Positions 25,128-34,192 of a stretch of 37,622 nucleotides of DNA are shown one piece after another. The notes under the pieces were generated by a model that saw nothing but the letters and a program-made list of their open reading frames with translations, made no database searches and had not been told where the DNA came from. The stretch is from a virus. Its lineage: Duplodnaviria > Caudoviricetes. A program made the translations under genes and the position numbers. The stretch spans positions 1-37,622 of the IMG/VR virus record IMGVR_UViG_3300017646_000199; one strand, given 5' to 3'. Numbering within the stretch: position 1 is the first letter of the stretch; each line of letters opens with the position of its first letter.

Positions 25128-28100
25128 ATGTCGTCCGAGGTCGGTTCGGGGCACGTGTCGATCTTCCCCGTCATGCCGGGGTTCAAGTCGAAAGTCACGA
25201 AGGAGACGCAGTCGGCCGGTGCCGCCGGCGCGAAGGCGTTCTCGGGTGGCTTCAAGGGTGCTGGCACGTTGGCTGGGCGTGCGCTTGGTAAGGACCTGAA
25301 GTCTGCGCTGTCGTCGCAGGCGGGGGACCTGGGGGCGGCTGAGCTGCGGAAGCTGACCGGTGAGGTGGCGTCCGCGTCGGCGGCGCTCGCGAAGGCGCGG
25401 CTGAAGCAGCAGGACGACGCTGGCCGTGTGCGGGTCGCTGAGGCGCGACTGGCTGAGGCGATCGAGAAGTCCGGCGCGGGGTCGTCGCAGGCGATCGCTG
25501 CGGAGGAGCGGCTGGCGTCGGTTCGCCGTGTGCACGCCGCGACGACCGATGCTGTGACGGCTGCGTCGCTTCGGCTGAAGGGCGCGCAGGACTCGCTCCG
25601 TAAGGCGCAGGATGCCGCCGTCGTGTCGTCGGTCGTGTCGTCGGGCGGTGTGCGGCAGTTGGCGCGCGACTTCCGGGCGGGGCTGACGGACGCGAACGCG
25701 GCACGGTCTGCGTTCATTGGCGTTGCGGGGTCGGTCGGCGGTCTGATCCGCGCCGTCTCCGATGTGACGGGGCTTACCCATCTGGGCCGTCTGCTTCGGC
25801 TGTCGGCGCAGCAGGCTTACACGTCGTTCACGTCGCTGGCGTCTACGGTCGGTGGCGGTCTCGCCCGCGCATGGTCGGCGACGTCGGGCTGGGCCGCGAA
25901 CGTCGGCCGCACCGTCGGCGCCGCGCTGGCCCCGGCCGGGCGTGTGGCGGCGAACGTGGGCCGCACTATCGCGACGCCGTTCGTTCAGCTCGGTTCCCGG
26001 GTTGCGTCGTGGATGAGCCCGGTCACTACTCAGGTGTCGGGGCTGTTCTCGAAGGTCGCCGCCTCGGCGGGGCCGGCGTTCTCCCGGATCACCGCGAGCG
26101 TTCGGAGCTTGGCGGGGCCGCTCGGCGCGGCTGCGTCGTCGTCGTTCCAAACGGTCGTTGATGCGGCCGGGCGTGCGGCGTCCGCGGCGGGGCGTGCGCT
26201 CGGCTCCGGCATCCAGTCGGCGGCGACCGCCGGCGTCACGGTTGCCGCTGCCGGGATCGGTGTCGCGTTCGGCAAAGGTCTCGCACGACTCACCTCGATC
26301 GATACCGCGCAGGCGAAGCTCCGCGGTCTCGGGAACGACGCCGAGTCTGTTACCGCGATCATGGGCGACGCGCTCGCATCGGTTCGGGGTACGAGCTTCG
26401 GTCTCGGCGAGGCGGCGACTGTCGCGGCGTCCGCGGTCGCGGCTGGTATCCGGCCGGGGGAAGCGCTGCAGGGGCATCTGAAGCGGATCGCGAACAACGC
26501 GTCCGCCGCGGGCATGTCCATGGAGGAGATGGGCTCCATCTTCAACAAGGCGGCCACGCAGGCGAACGGCGTCCAGAACGACGTCATCAGCCAGCTCGCC
26601 GACAAGGGCATCCCGATCTATCAGGCGCTCGCGGACCAGATGGGCGTCACGGCCGGCGAAGTCTTCAAGATGGCCTCCGAGGGCAAGGTCGACTTCGAGA
26701 CCTTCTCGCGCGCGGCCGAGGCTGCCGCGGGCACGGTCGCGGACGAGATGGGTCGCACGGTCCCGGGTGCTGCGAAGAACTTCTTCGCGGCGATGGGCCG
26801 GATCGGCGCGAACGCGCTGCAGGGCATCTACGGCAAGATCGGGCCGCTCATCCAGGCCGCTACCGCGGCGCTCGGCCCGATTGAGGAGCGCGCGAAGGCG
26901 TTCGGCGACGTGCTGCTCCGGATCGTGGGTCCGGCGATGGACTGGGTCACGGGCCTGTTCAACCGGATCGCTGAGGGCGGCGCGCTGTTCACGGGTGCCC
27001 TGTCGGGCATGAGTGGACTGATCGGACCGCTGGCCGGCGTGCTCGTCGCCATCGGCTCCGGCGGGCTCGCGGGCATCCTCGCGCGGCTCGGCCCGCTCGC
27101 GGCAATGCTGGGACCGCTCGGCGGTCTGCTCGGCGCGCTGGCGTCCCCGCTGGGGATCGCGGCCGCCGCGTTCGCCGGTCTCGCGCTCTCCGGCGGGGAC
27201 CTCGGCGACATCTCGGTCGGGGTCACCGAGCTCGTCGGCAACGTCGTATCGGCTCTGCCGGGGCTGATCTCGACGGTGGTCGGCATCATCCCGACCATCG
27301 TCAGCGAGCTGCTCGCGCGGCTGCCGTTGCTGATCTCCCTCGGGGCCGAGCTCATCGGCACGCTCGTGCAAGGCCTCGTCACCGCTGTCCCGATGCTCGC
27401 GATGGGCGCGCTCACGCTCCTGCAGGGGCTGATCGGCGCGATCGTGTCGAACCTGCCCGTGATCATCACCACAGCGATTCAGCTCGTCACGACCCTGATT
27501 CAGGGGATCGTGCAGGCGGTGCCGATGCTCGTGCAGGCGGCGCTTCAGCTCGTCACCGGGCTGTTGACGGCGATCGTGGCGGCGCTGCCGATGATCATCG
27601 AGGGCGGCATCCAGCTGCTCCTCGCGCTCGTGATGGGCATCGTGGGCGCTCTGCCGACGTTGCTGCAGGCGGCGCTCGGCCTCGTGATGGGGCTGCTCGA
27701 CGCGATCATCTCGAACCTGCCGATGATCATCGATGCCGGTATCCAGCTGCTGCTGTCGCTCGTCACCGGCCTGATCGACGCGCTTCCGCAGTTGATCACC
27801 GCGGCGATCGAGCTCGTTCTTCAGCTGGTCGTCGGTCTGCTGACCATGCTGCCGAAGCTGATCGAGGCGGGCATCCAGCTCGTCGTCTCGCTGATCACCG
27901 GTCTCGTGAAGGCGATCCCGCAGATCATCGCGATGCTGCCGCAGATCGTGACGGCCATCTGGGACGGGCTCGCGGGGGTCGACTGGCTGGGACTCGGTGC
28001 GCAGATCATCCAGGGCATCATCGACGGGTTCTTCTCGATGGTCGGCGCGGTTGGTGACGCGATCGGGTCGGTGGTCGGCGGAATCCTCGACTTCTTCCCG

Positions 28101-28499
28101 CACTCGCCGGCGAAGAAGGGTCCGCTTTCCGCGCCGGGCTGGCGTCGGCTGAAGTCGTCTGGTGCGGCCACGATGGAGCAGTTCATCGCGGGCGCGGAGG
28201 GCAAGTCGTCCGCGTTCGGTGACGCGCTCTCCGATGTGGCTCTGTCGAGCTCGACCAGGCTGCAGGCGCTCGCGAATGTCGGCTCGTCGACGGTCGCGGC
28301 TGCGGTTGCTGAGCGGTCTCGCCCGGATTCGACCTCCGCATCTGCCTCTCGTGAGGGGTCGGAGCGGCCCATCTACATGGAGGGTCGGCTGTTCGGCTGG
28401 CTGCGTGAGATGGCGAACGGGGAAGCGCGGATCGTGCTGGATGCGTACAAGACGGAGCAGCGGCAGGCGTCCGCTCGCGGGTTCGTGGGGGGTGTCTGA
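25128..28499 (+). CDS. Tape measure protein
   Basis: 1123 aa, Ala/Gly-rich; VRGTSFGLGEAA, QLADKGIPIYQALA; amphipathic LPxII repeats. Confidence 0.95.
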   Translation: MSSEVGSGHVSIFPVMPGFKSKVTKETQSAGAAGAKAFSGGFKGAGTLAGRALGKDLKSALSSQAGDLGAAELRKLTGEVASASAALAKARLKQQDDAGRVRVAEARLAEAIEKSGAGSSQAIAAEERLASVRRVHAATTDAVTAASLRLKGAQDSLRKAQDAAVVSSVVSSGGVRQLARDFRAGLTDANAARSAFIGVAGSVGGLIRAVSDVTGLTHLGRLLRLSAQQAYTSFTSLASTVGGGLARAWSATSGWAANVGRTVGAALAPAGRVAANVGRTIATPFVQLGSRVASWMSPVTTQVSGLFSKVAASAGPAFSRITASVRSLAGPLGAAASSSFQTVVDAAGRAASAAGRALGSGIQSAATAGVTVAAAGIGVAFGKGLARLTSIDTAQAKLRGLGNDAESVTAIMGDALASVRGTSFGLGEAATVAASAVAAGIRPGEALQGHLKRIANNASAAGMSMEEMGSIFNKAATQANGVQNDVISQLADKGIPIYQALADQMGVTAGEVFKMASEGKVDFETFSRAAEAAAGTVADEMGRTVPGAAKNFFAAMGRIGANALQGIYGKIGPLIQAATAALGPIEERAKAFGDVLLRIVGPAMDWVTGLFNRIAEGGALFTGALSGMSGLIGPLAGVLVAIGSGGLAGILARLGPLAAMLGPLGGLLGALASPLGIAAAAFAGLALSGGDLGDISVGVTELVGNVVSALPGLISTVVGIIPTIVSELLARLPLLISLGAELIGTLVQGLVTAVPMLAMGALTLLQGLIGAIVSNLPVIITTAIQLVTTLIQGIVQAVPMLVQAALQLVTGLLTAIVAALPMIIEGGIQLLLALVMGIVGALPTLLQAALGLVMGLLDAIISNLPMIIDAGIQLLLSLVTGLIDALPQLITAAIELVLQLVVGLLTMLPKLIEAGIQLVVSLITGLVKAIPQIIAMLPQIVTAIWDGLAGVDWLGLGAQIIQGIIDGFFSMVGAVGDAIGSVVGGILDFFPHSPAKKGPLSAPGWRRLKSSGAATMEQFIAGAEGKSSAFGDALSDVALSSSTRLQALANVGSSTVAAAVAERSRPDSTSASASREGSERPIYMEGRLFGWLREMANGEARIVLDAYKTEQRQASARGFVGGV

Positions 28500-29323
28500 T
28501 GGTCTCGACTGCGACCTCGTTCGCGGACATGGACCCGTCGCCGCGGGTGCTGCTCGACCTCGACCCTGCCGAGATCGGTACGGCGGACACGGTCACGGTG
28601 TGGCAGATCTCGAAGTGGGGTCAGGTGCCGGTCCGGAACGCGGTTCGACGGTCGGTGTCGGGCGGGCTCGTGGTCACGGACTACGAGATCCCGCCCGGCG
28701 TCCCGGTGACCTATCGGGTGGAGCGGTTCGACGCGGGCGGGGTCTCGCTCGGGTACGTGCTGAACCTGGCTGCGCAGGTGGATCTGCCGGGTGGGTTCGT
28801 TGTCGTGCAGGACCCGCTCGCGCCGGCGAACGCGGTCCTGGTGCGCGCCGAGCGACGCTTCGCGGATGCGCTGACTCGTTCGCGTGCGTCGGCGGTCTAT
28901 CAGGCGGGCGGGCGAACGTTCGCCATGTCTGGCCCGTACTCCGCATTCCAGCAGCTCTCGCTGCGGTGCGTCACGCAGTCTGACGCTGACCGGGAAACGC
29001 TGGCCGAGATCCTGTCGGAGGCGATGATCCTCGTCCGGTCGATGCCGACGACACGACTCCCGGGCGCGTTTTACGCGACCGTCGCGTCGGTCCCGATGAT
29101 CCCGCACGACGCGCGCCGTGGTGGCGACACCGACGTGTGGGACATCGCCGGGGATCAGCTGTCGCGGCCGGAGCTCGACATCATCGTCGCCGTGTATTCA
29201 TACGACCGGTTCAAGGCGTATCTGGACACGCTGCATCCGCCGACACCGGGCACGTACAACGACGCCGCGGCGATCTGGTCGACGTACCTGGACGCGATGC
29301 GCAACCCGCCGCCCGAAGCATAG
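28499..29323 (+). CDS. Minor tail protein (distal tail-like)
   Basis: DYEIPPGVPVTY; immediately follows the tape measure gene. Confidence 0.8.
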   Translation: MVSTATSFADMDPSPRVLLDLDPAEIGTADTVTVWQISKWGQVPVRNAVRRSVSGGLVVTDYEIPPGVPVTYRVERFDAGGVSLGYVLNLAAQVDLPGGFVVVQDPLAPANAVLVRAERRFADALTRSRASAVYQAGGRTFAMSGPYSAFQQLSLRCVTQSDADRETLAEILSEAMILVRSMPTTRLPGAFYATVASVPMIPHDARRGGDTDVWDIAGDQLSRPELDIIVAVYSYDRFKAYLDTLHPPTPGTYNDAAAIWSTYLDAMRNPPPEA

Positions 29324-29332
29324 GAGGTCCGG

Positions 29333-30427
29333 ATGCATGACGTGTCGGACGAGGTCCGGTCGGTGCTCGAGGACTCGAACGTCGTCTCGTTCACGGTCGC
29401 GCAGGCGCAGTACCAGGGCGCTACGAAGGACCTGAACGTGTCGCAGACCGACGGTGACCTGACGTGGGACGCCGACGGCGAGGTCCAGTCGACGGGTTCG
29501 TTTGTCGCGGTGGGGTTCGGTGACGAGCTCGTGCCGCGTTCGCGTGACGCGATGCTTGCGCCGTACGGGCAGGAGGTGTCGGTGTCGCGGCTGGTGCAGT
29601 TGCGCAACGGCACGGTGACGATCCCGCTCGGGGTGTACCGGATCACGGGCAACGATGGTGGCCGGTTCAATCAGCGGGCGAACATGGTGGTCGACTGGCG
29701 GGTGGGCGTCGATCTCGCGGACCGGTTCCGCATGTTGCAGCGGGCGAAGATCATCGATCCGGCGTCCCCGCCGCCGACGGCGACGGTGTTTTCGGAGCTG
29801 CAGCGGCTGACGCTGTTCCCGCTGACGCAGGGCCTGACGGATGACACGGTCCCGCCCGGGATGGTGTACGAGGACCGGCTCGCGGCGGTGCGGGATCTGG
29901 CTGCGCTGATCGGTGGGAAGCCGCGGATCACCCGGCAGGGTGCGCTGACGGTGCGGCCGGCTGACCGGTGGTTGACGGAGACCGAACCTGACTTCGATAT
30001 CAGGGGGACGATCTCCTGGGATGAGTCGCAGACGGACGAGTTCTACAACCTCGTATGGGCGCACTCGGATGACGGCAAGTTCTCCGGGTTCGCTCCACTC
30101 GACGACGACTCTGACCCACGGTCGGTGAACCGTGCGGGGCCGTCGACGTACGAGCATTCGTCGCCCGTGTACAAGTCGAACGAGGCAGCGCTCAACGGTG
30201 CGCAGACGATCCTCCAGCGGCTGCTGAACCGACGCTCTCGGGTCGTGAGCGTCGAGGTCGGCGCGATCGGTCTCCTGCTCGACCTGTCGGACTTCGGGTG
30301 GGTTCGTGATCCCGTACAGGGCCGCGCGGTGCTCGGCGAGGTGAAGGGCATCACGATCCCAAACGACCCGACGGCACCGATCCGGGTGCAGTTGATCGTC
30401 GCCGAGGACTCAGCCGAGGAGGCGTGA
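29333..30427 (+). CDS. Minor tail protein (baseplate hub-like)
   Basis: LAPYGQEV, IPLGVYRI, YNLVW; synteny. Confidence 0.8.
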   Translation: MHDVSDEVRSVLEDSNVVSFTVAQAQYQGATKDLNVSQTDGDLTWDADGEVQSTGSFVAVGFGDELVPRSRDAMLAPYGQEVSVSRLVQLRNGTVTIPLGVYRITGNDGGRFNQRANMVVDWRVGVDLADRFRMLQRAKIIDPASPPPTATVFSELQRLTLFPLTQGLTDDTVPPGMVYEDRLAAVRDLAALIGGKPRITRQGALTVRPADRWLTETEPDFDIRGTISWDESQTDEFYNLVWAHSDDGKFSGFAPLDDDSDPRSVNRAGPSTYEHSSPVYKSNEAALNGAQTILQRLLNRRSRVVSVEVGAIGLLLDLSDFGWVRDPVQGRAVLGEVKGITIPNDPTAPIRVQLIVAEDSAEEA

Positions 30428-31293
30428 TGGATCAGCGTCAGGCGTGGGAGTTGTCCCGGGGTGCGTCGGATACGACCGAGGCGACGGTGCAGGCGATCGA
30501 CTGGGAGAACGGTCTTGTTGAGGTGAACCTGTCGGGTGTCACGATGCGGATGCCGTGGTTTGGTCCGGCGCCGTGGAAGGGGACGCGGGTTCGTGTGATC
30601 ACGGCCGGGCTCAAGCCGGTGTGTGCTGCGGTGTACGGGGCGCCGGTCGGTACCGTGCAGTCCACGAGCGGCGGCCGGGCGTCGGTGCTCGGCGATGACG
30701 GGGTCGTGTACCGGTACGGGTGGATCGGTGACCCGGGAACGGCGCCGGTGACGGCTGGGCAGCGTGTCCGGCTGGATCATGCGGGGCAGGTCGTGCTGGG
30801 CCGGTATTCGGTGACGCCGGATGCGCCGGACTATGTGCCGCCGCCGCCGCCGCCGCCGAGCGCGGCCCGGTCGGCTTGGTTTGACCCGATCTGGACGGGC
30901 AACTGGCGTGGGGGTTCGTTCGCGGGTGACGCGATGGAGATCAGCTCGACCCGGATGGCGATGGCCGGCTGGGGGACGCAGATCGCGGACAGCGTCGATG
31001 ATGCGGCGATCGTGAGCCGCGCCGAGCTGCATCTGCCCGTGGTGTGGGACAAGGTCGCGGGCGTCGCGTCGTCCATGGGTCTGCACGGGTTCAACGGGCG
31101 GCCGGGGAGCGCGAGCAACGACAACTTGTCGGGCACGTACAGCGTTCCGGGGAACGCGGGCGTGGTGTCGCTGGTGGGTGGCATCGCGGACGCACTGAAG
31201 TCGGGGTCGGCGTTGGGCGTCGGGTTCCGGTCTGGGGCTTTCGGGTGGCGTGAGTACGCCGCCCCACGGATCTACATGGAATGGAGCGTCTGA
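30424..31293 (+). CDS. Minor tail protein
   Basis: OB-like N-terminus, polyproline linker, Trp/Gly-rich C-terminal domain. Confidence 0.75.
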   Translation: MMDQRQAWELSRGASDTTEATVQAIDWENGLVEVNLSGVTMRMPWFGPAPWKGTRVRVITAGLKPVCAAVYGAPVGTVQSTSGGRASVLGDDGVVYRYGWIGDPGTAPVTAGQRVRLDHAGQVVLGRYSVTPDAPDYVPPPPPPPSAARSAWFDPIWTGNWRGGSFAGDAMEISSTRMAMAGWGTQIADSVDDAAIVSRAELHLPVVWDKVAGVASSMGLHGFNGRPGSASNDNLSGTYSVPGNAGVVSLVGGIADALKSGSALGVGFRSGAFGWREYAAPRIYMEWSV

Positions 31294-31865
31294 TGGCTGA
31301 TGCGACGGGTGCGCCGGTCCCTACGGGAACGTCACCGTTCGATGTCCCCGGGGATCTGAAGGATCTCGCCGATCACTTCGGTGATGAAGAGTTCTATTCG
31401 GTCGCGTCCGCGTCGAACCTGCCGGCGTCGGGCAACTGGCGCGGCCGGGTGCTGATGGCGCGCGACACGGGCGTGCTGTACGTGTGCACGGCGCTGCCGG
31501 GCACGTGGAAGACGGTCACGTCGACGGATGACTCGGGCTGGATCGTGGTCGGGTCCGGCGGCGGGGCGCCGGCGTTCGGCACGGGTTGGTCGGCGGTGTC
31601 GGCGTCGGGCTGGTCGGGTGTCCGGTTCCGGCTGAAGAACGGTGTCCTGTTCATCTCGGGCGCGGCGACGAAGTCGTCGTACTCGGGGCTGGGTGACGCG
31701 ATCTTCACGCTCCCGTCGGGGTTCCGCCCGTCGACGCGGTTCATCGGTGTCGGGTATGGGTCGACGGGTGCGCAGTACGTCGTCGTCGAGGCGACGGGTG
31801 TTGTGACTCCGGTGCTGGCGGGTACGTCGCAGTTCAACTTCTCGGCCACGGTGCCGGTCGGGTAA
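31293..31865 (+). CDS. Minor tail / receptor-binding protein
   Basis: DSGW...RFRLKNGVLFISG...IFTLPSGFRPS. Confidence 0.75.
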   Translation: MADATGAPVPTGTSPFDVPGDLKDLADHFGDEEFYSVASASNLPASGNWRGRVLMARDTGVLYVCTALPGTWKTVTSTDDSGWIVVGSGGGAPAFGTGWSAVSASGWSGVRFRLKNGVLFISGAATKSSYSGLGDAIFTLPSGFRPSTRFIGVGYGSTGAQYVVVEATGVVTPVLAGTSQFNFSATVPVG

Positions 31866-31875
31866 GGGGGCGGTC

Positions 31876-32058
31876 ATGTCTACCTGGGCGGATCGTGAGG
31901 CGGAGGTGGCGGCGCTGGTGGCGCGCGCCGCTGACCCGGACGACGACTACGACGGGCACCACGGCACGGATCGTTCCGCGGAGTCGCTCGAGTGGGCGCG
32001 GGTGAACGACCCGGAGACGTACGCGCGCGTGATGGCGAAGATCGAGGAGGGCGCGTGA
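31876..32058 (+). CDS. Hypothetical 60-aa protein coupled to the endolysin
   Basis: TGATG overlap with the amidase; carries its SD GAGGAGG. Confidence 0.6.
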   Translation: MSTWADREAEVAALVARAADPDDDYDGHHGTDRSAESLEWARVNDPETYARVMAKIEEGA

Positions 32059-32834
32059 TGGACGCACCGTTCACGGCGTATCTGGACACGCCGAACAAGT
32101 CGCCTCGGCAGAACGTCGGGCGTCGCGGCGTGGTGCTGCATCACGGCGCACTGACGAGCCTCAACTATCTCCGGCAGTTGGCGATGGGCGCGAAGCAGGT
32201 CTCGGCGACGGGCATCTGCAAGGATCGCGATTTCGAGCGGCTGATGGCTGATGGGTGGCGGCCGTGGTCGCTGTCGGACGCCTACTGGGATTCGGCGCTG
32301 CGGTCGGTGGAGACGGCGAACGAGTCGACGGCCGGGTGGACGATCTCGGATGAGTCGCATTGGTCGCTCGCGCGCGGTGTGGCGTACTGGGCGCGCGTGG
32401 ATGGGTTCTGGCCGCATCGTGACGGTGACCCGAAGACGTGGACCGTCATCGGGCATCGCGAGGTGTACAGCATCCACGGCGGGTCGTACGCGACCGCGTG
32501 CCCCGGCGGCATGGATCTGAACCTCGTGGTTGCGCGGGCGCAGCAACTCTTGAACTCGCCGGCTGAGCCGGTGATCGACTATGCGCTGCTGCGGCGGCAG
32601 AAGGAGGACGACATGTACGTGCGCGGTGTGACCAACCCTCAGGTGTACAAGACGTACACGGACGCGAACGGGCACCCTCGGATGCGGGTGTGTGGCCGGG
32701 CGGAGTCGGCGATCGCGAACGCGGGCGGGCTGGTGCTGACGTTCGGCGACGACGCGTCCCTGCTGATGCTCGCCGAGGAGTGCGGTTATGTCCCGGGTGG
32801 CGCGAACCCGCTCCCGGTCGTCAAGGCGCAGTAA
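32058..32834 (+). CDS. Endolysin, N-acetylmuramoyl-L-alanine amidase (Amidase_2)
   Basis: VVLHH, SVE, VIGHREV, ATACPG Zn-ligand motifs. Confidence 0.9.
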   Translation: MDAPFTAYLDTPNKSPRQNVGRRGVVLHHGALTSLNYLRQLAMGAKQVSATGICKDRDFERLMADGWRPWSLSDAYWDSALRSVETANESTAGWTISDESHWSLARGVAYWARVDGFWPHRDGDPKTWTVIGHREVYSIHGGSYATACPGGMDLNLVVARAQQLLNSPAEPVIDYALLRRQKEDDMYVRGVTNPQVYKTYTDANGHPRMRVCGRAESAIANAGGLVLTFGDDASLLMLAEECGYVPGGANPLPVVKAQ

Positions 32835-32865
32835 CCCCCAACCTGATCCCTGGGAGGGGTTTCAC

Positions 32866-33306
32866 ATGGCCGATCGCGACCCTACGACCGGTGAGCTCGC
32901 CGTCTTGCTGAATCAGATCCTCGCGCAGCTGAAGGACGTAGCGACGAAGGAGTTCGTCGAGACGAAGTTCGGGGCGTTCAACGACCGTGTTGCGCGGCTC
33001 GAGCGGGATCAGCAGGAGTGGACGAAGACCTCGACGGCGGCGCATGTCGAGCTCGACAAGGACTCGAAGGCACGGCATCAGGAAACTGAGTCGGAGATCG
33101 ACAAGCTGAAGCTCGAGTTGCACGCCCGGATCGACAAGGTCAAGACCGAGTTCCAGACGTCCGTGCAGGCAATCGTCAGCGAACAGCGCGAGGACCAGAA
33201 AGAGATCAAGTCGGTTCGTAACGGTCGCATCACGTCGTGGATCGGGATCGGGATCGCATGGATTGGGACCGTCGCGATGTGGTTCATCCAAGGGACACGC
33301 CCATGA
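32866..33306 (+). CDS. Coiled-coil protein with C-terminal TM (lysis accessory)
   Basis: SD GGAGG; heptad-rich; C-terminal [17 protein letters not shown]. Confidence 0.75.
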   Translation: MADRDPTTGELAVLLNQILAQLKDVATKEFVETKFGAFNDRVARLERDQQEWTKTSTAAHVELDKDSKARHQETESEIDKLKLELHARIDKVKTEFQTSVQAIVSEQREDQKEIKSVRNGRITSWIGIGIAWIGTVAMWFIQGTRP

Positions 33307-33872
33307 AGCGCCTCGACTGGTCATGGTTCAACCGGATCTTCTTCGCTGTGTTTGTCGCCCTCCTGGTGGGGGCGATTGTGTTTCTGGCGTGGCGTCAGAC
33401 CGTCGCGGGTGAGGAGCGTGCCGCGCTGATTGATGCGTTGGCGCAGTCGCAGGCGCAGTTGCGTGACGAGGGTATTGAGCCGGAAGCTCCGGAGCCTGAG
33501 CAGATCGTGGAGGGCATCGTCGGGCCGGCGGGTGCTCGGGGCGAGACGGGCGCTCGTGGTGAGCGTGGCCCGCAGGGTGACGCGGGCATTCCGGGGACGC
33601 CCGGGCCGGCGGGCGAGAGCGGCACACCGGGCCCGGCCGGCGCGCGGGGTCCGACCGGTGAGCCGGGGCCGGCTGGCCCGCAGGGCGCACCTGGGCCTGC
33701 GGGTCCTCAAGGGCCACCGGGCGCGACAGGAGCACAGGGCGCACCGGGTTCGCCGCCTCTGTCTTGGACGTACACGGACGCTCTCGGGATGCCGTACGTG
33801 TGCAGCCGGGTCGAACCGTTCGATCCGGCATCACCGATGTATGCGTGCAGTGTCACTGCACCAACCGAATAG
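33303..33872 (+). CDS. Membrane-anchored collagen-like protein
   Basis: N-terminal TM, short coiled coil, about 25 Gly-X-Y triplets, C-terminal two-Cys domain. Confidence 0.82.
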   Translation: MKRLDWSWFNRIFFAVFVALLVGAIVFLAWRQTVAGEERAALIDALAQSQAQLRDEGIEPEAPEPEQIVEGIVGPAGARGETGARGERGPQGDAGIPGTPGPAGESGTPGPAGARGPTGEPGPAGPQGAPGPAGPQGPPGATGAQGAPGSPPLSWTYTDALGMPYVCSRVEPFDPASPMYACSVTAPTE

Positions 33873-33882
33873 GAGACAGACC

Positions 33883-34161
33883 ATGTCGAAGATCGTTCCC
33901 GAACACGTTGTCCTGGCCGCGAAGCGTGGCTTTGTCCGCACCACGGCGCAGGCGTACGCCGCGACGTTGTCGACGGGTCTCCCGTCGGCCGCGGCGATCG
34001 TGTCGTTCGTTCAAGATCCGACGGGTTGGGCGCTGGCTGGTGTGACCGTAGGGCTTGCCGTCGTGACGCCGCTGCTGGCGGGTCTCGCGTCGTACCTCTC
34101 GATCACGTCGAACGGCATCCCCGCGGAGTACACCGACGACGAACCCAAGCATCGCGCCTGA
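33883..34161 (+). CDS. Holin (r1t-like)
   Basis: KRGFVRTTAQA then hydrophobic helices; SD AGGAG. Confidence 0.75.
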   Translation: MSKIVPEHVVLAAKRGFVRTTAQAYAATLSTGLPSAAAIVSFVQDPTGWALAGVTVGLAVVTPLLAGLASYLSITSNGIPAEYTDDEPKHRA

Positions 34162-34192
34162 CCCCCCTGACCTGTCGAACATAGGAGTTGCC

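Noticed and set aside
27240-28030. Periodic repeats in the tape measure gene and Gly-X-Y repeats at about 33510-33750
   Set aside because: Ordinary protein-level repeats; no CRISPR-like repeat-spacer structure, and no reverse transcriptase or TR/VR pair for a DGR.
24714-28103. Very long antisense ORFs (also 1428-3320, 9382-10872, 17434-18894, 22363-24576, 33853-35142)
   Set aside because: Arg/Pro-rich or motif-free shadows of real GC-rich genes, without start signals.
30838-30858. (CCG)7 microsatellite
   Set aside because: In-frame polyproline linker; triplet slippage would not cause phase variation.
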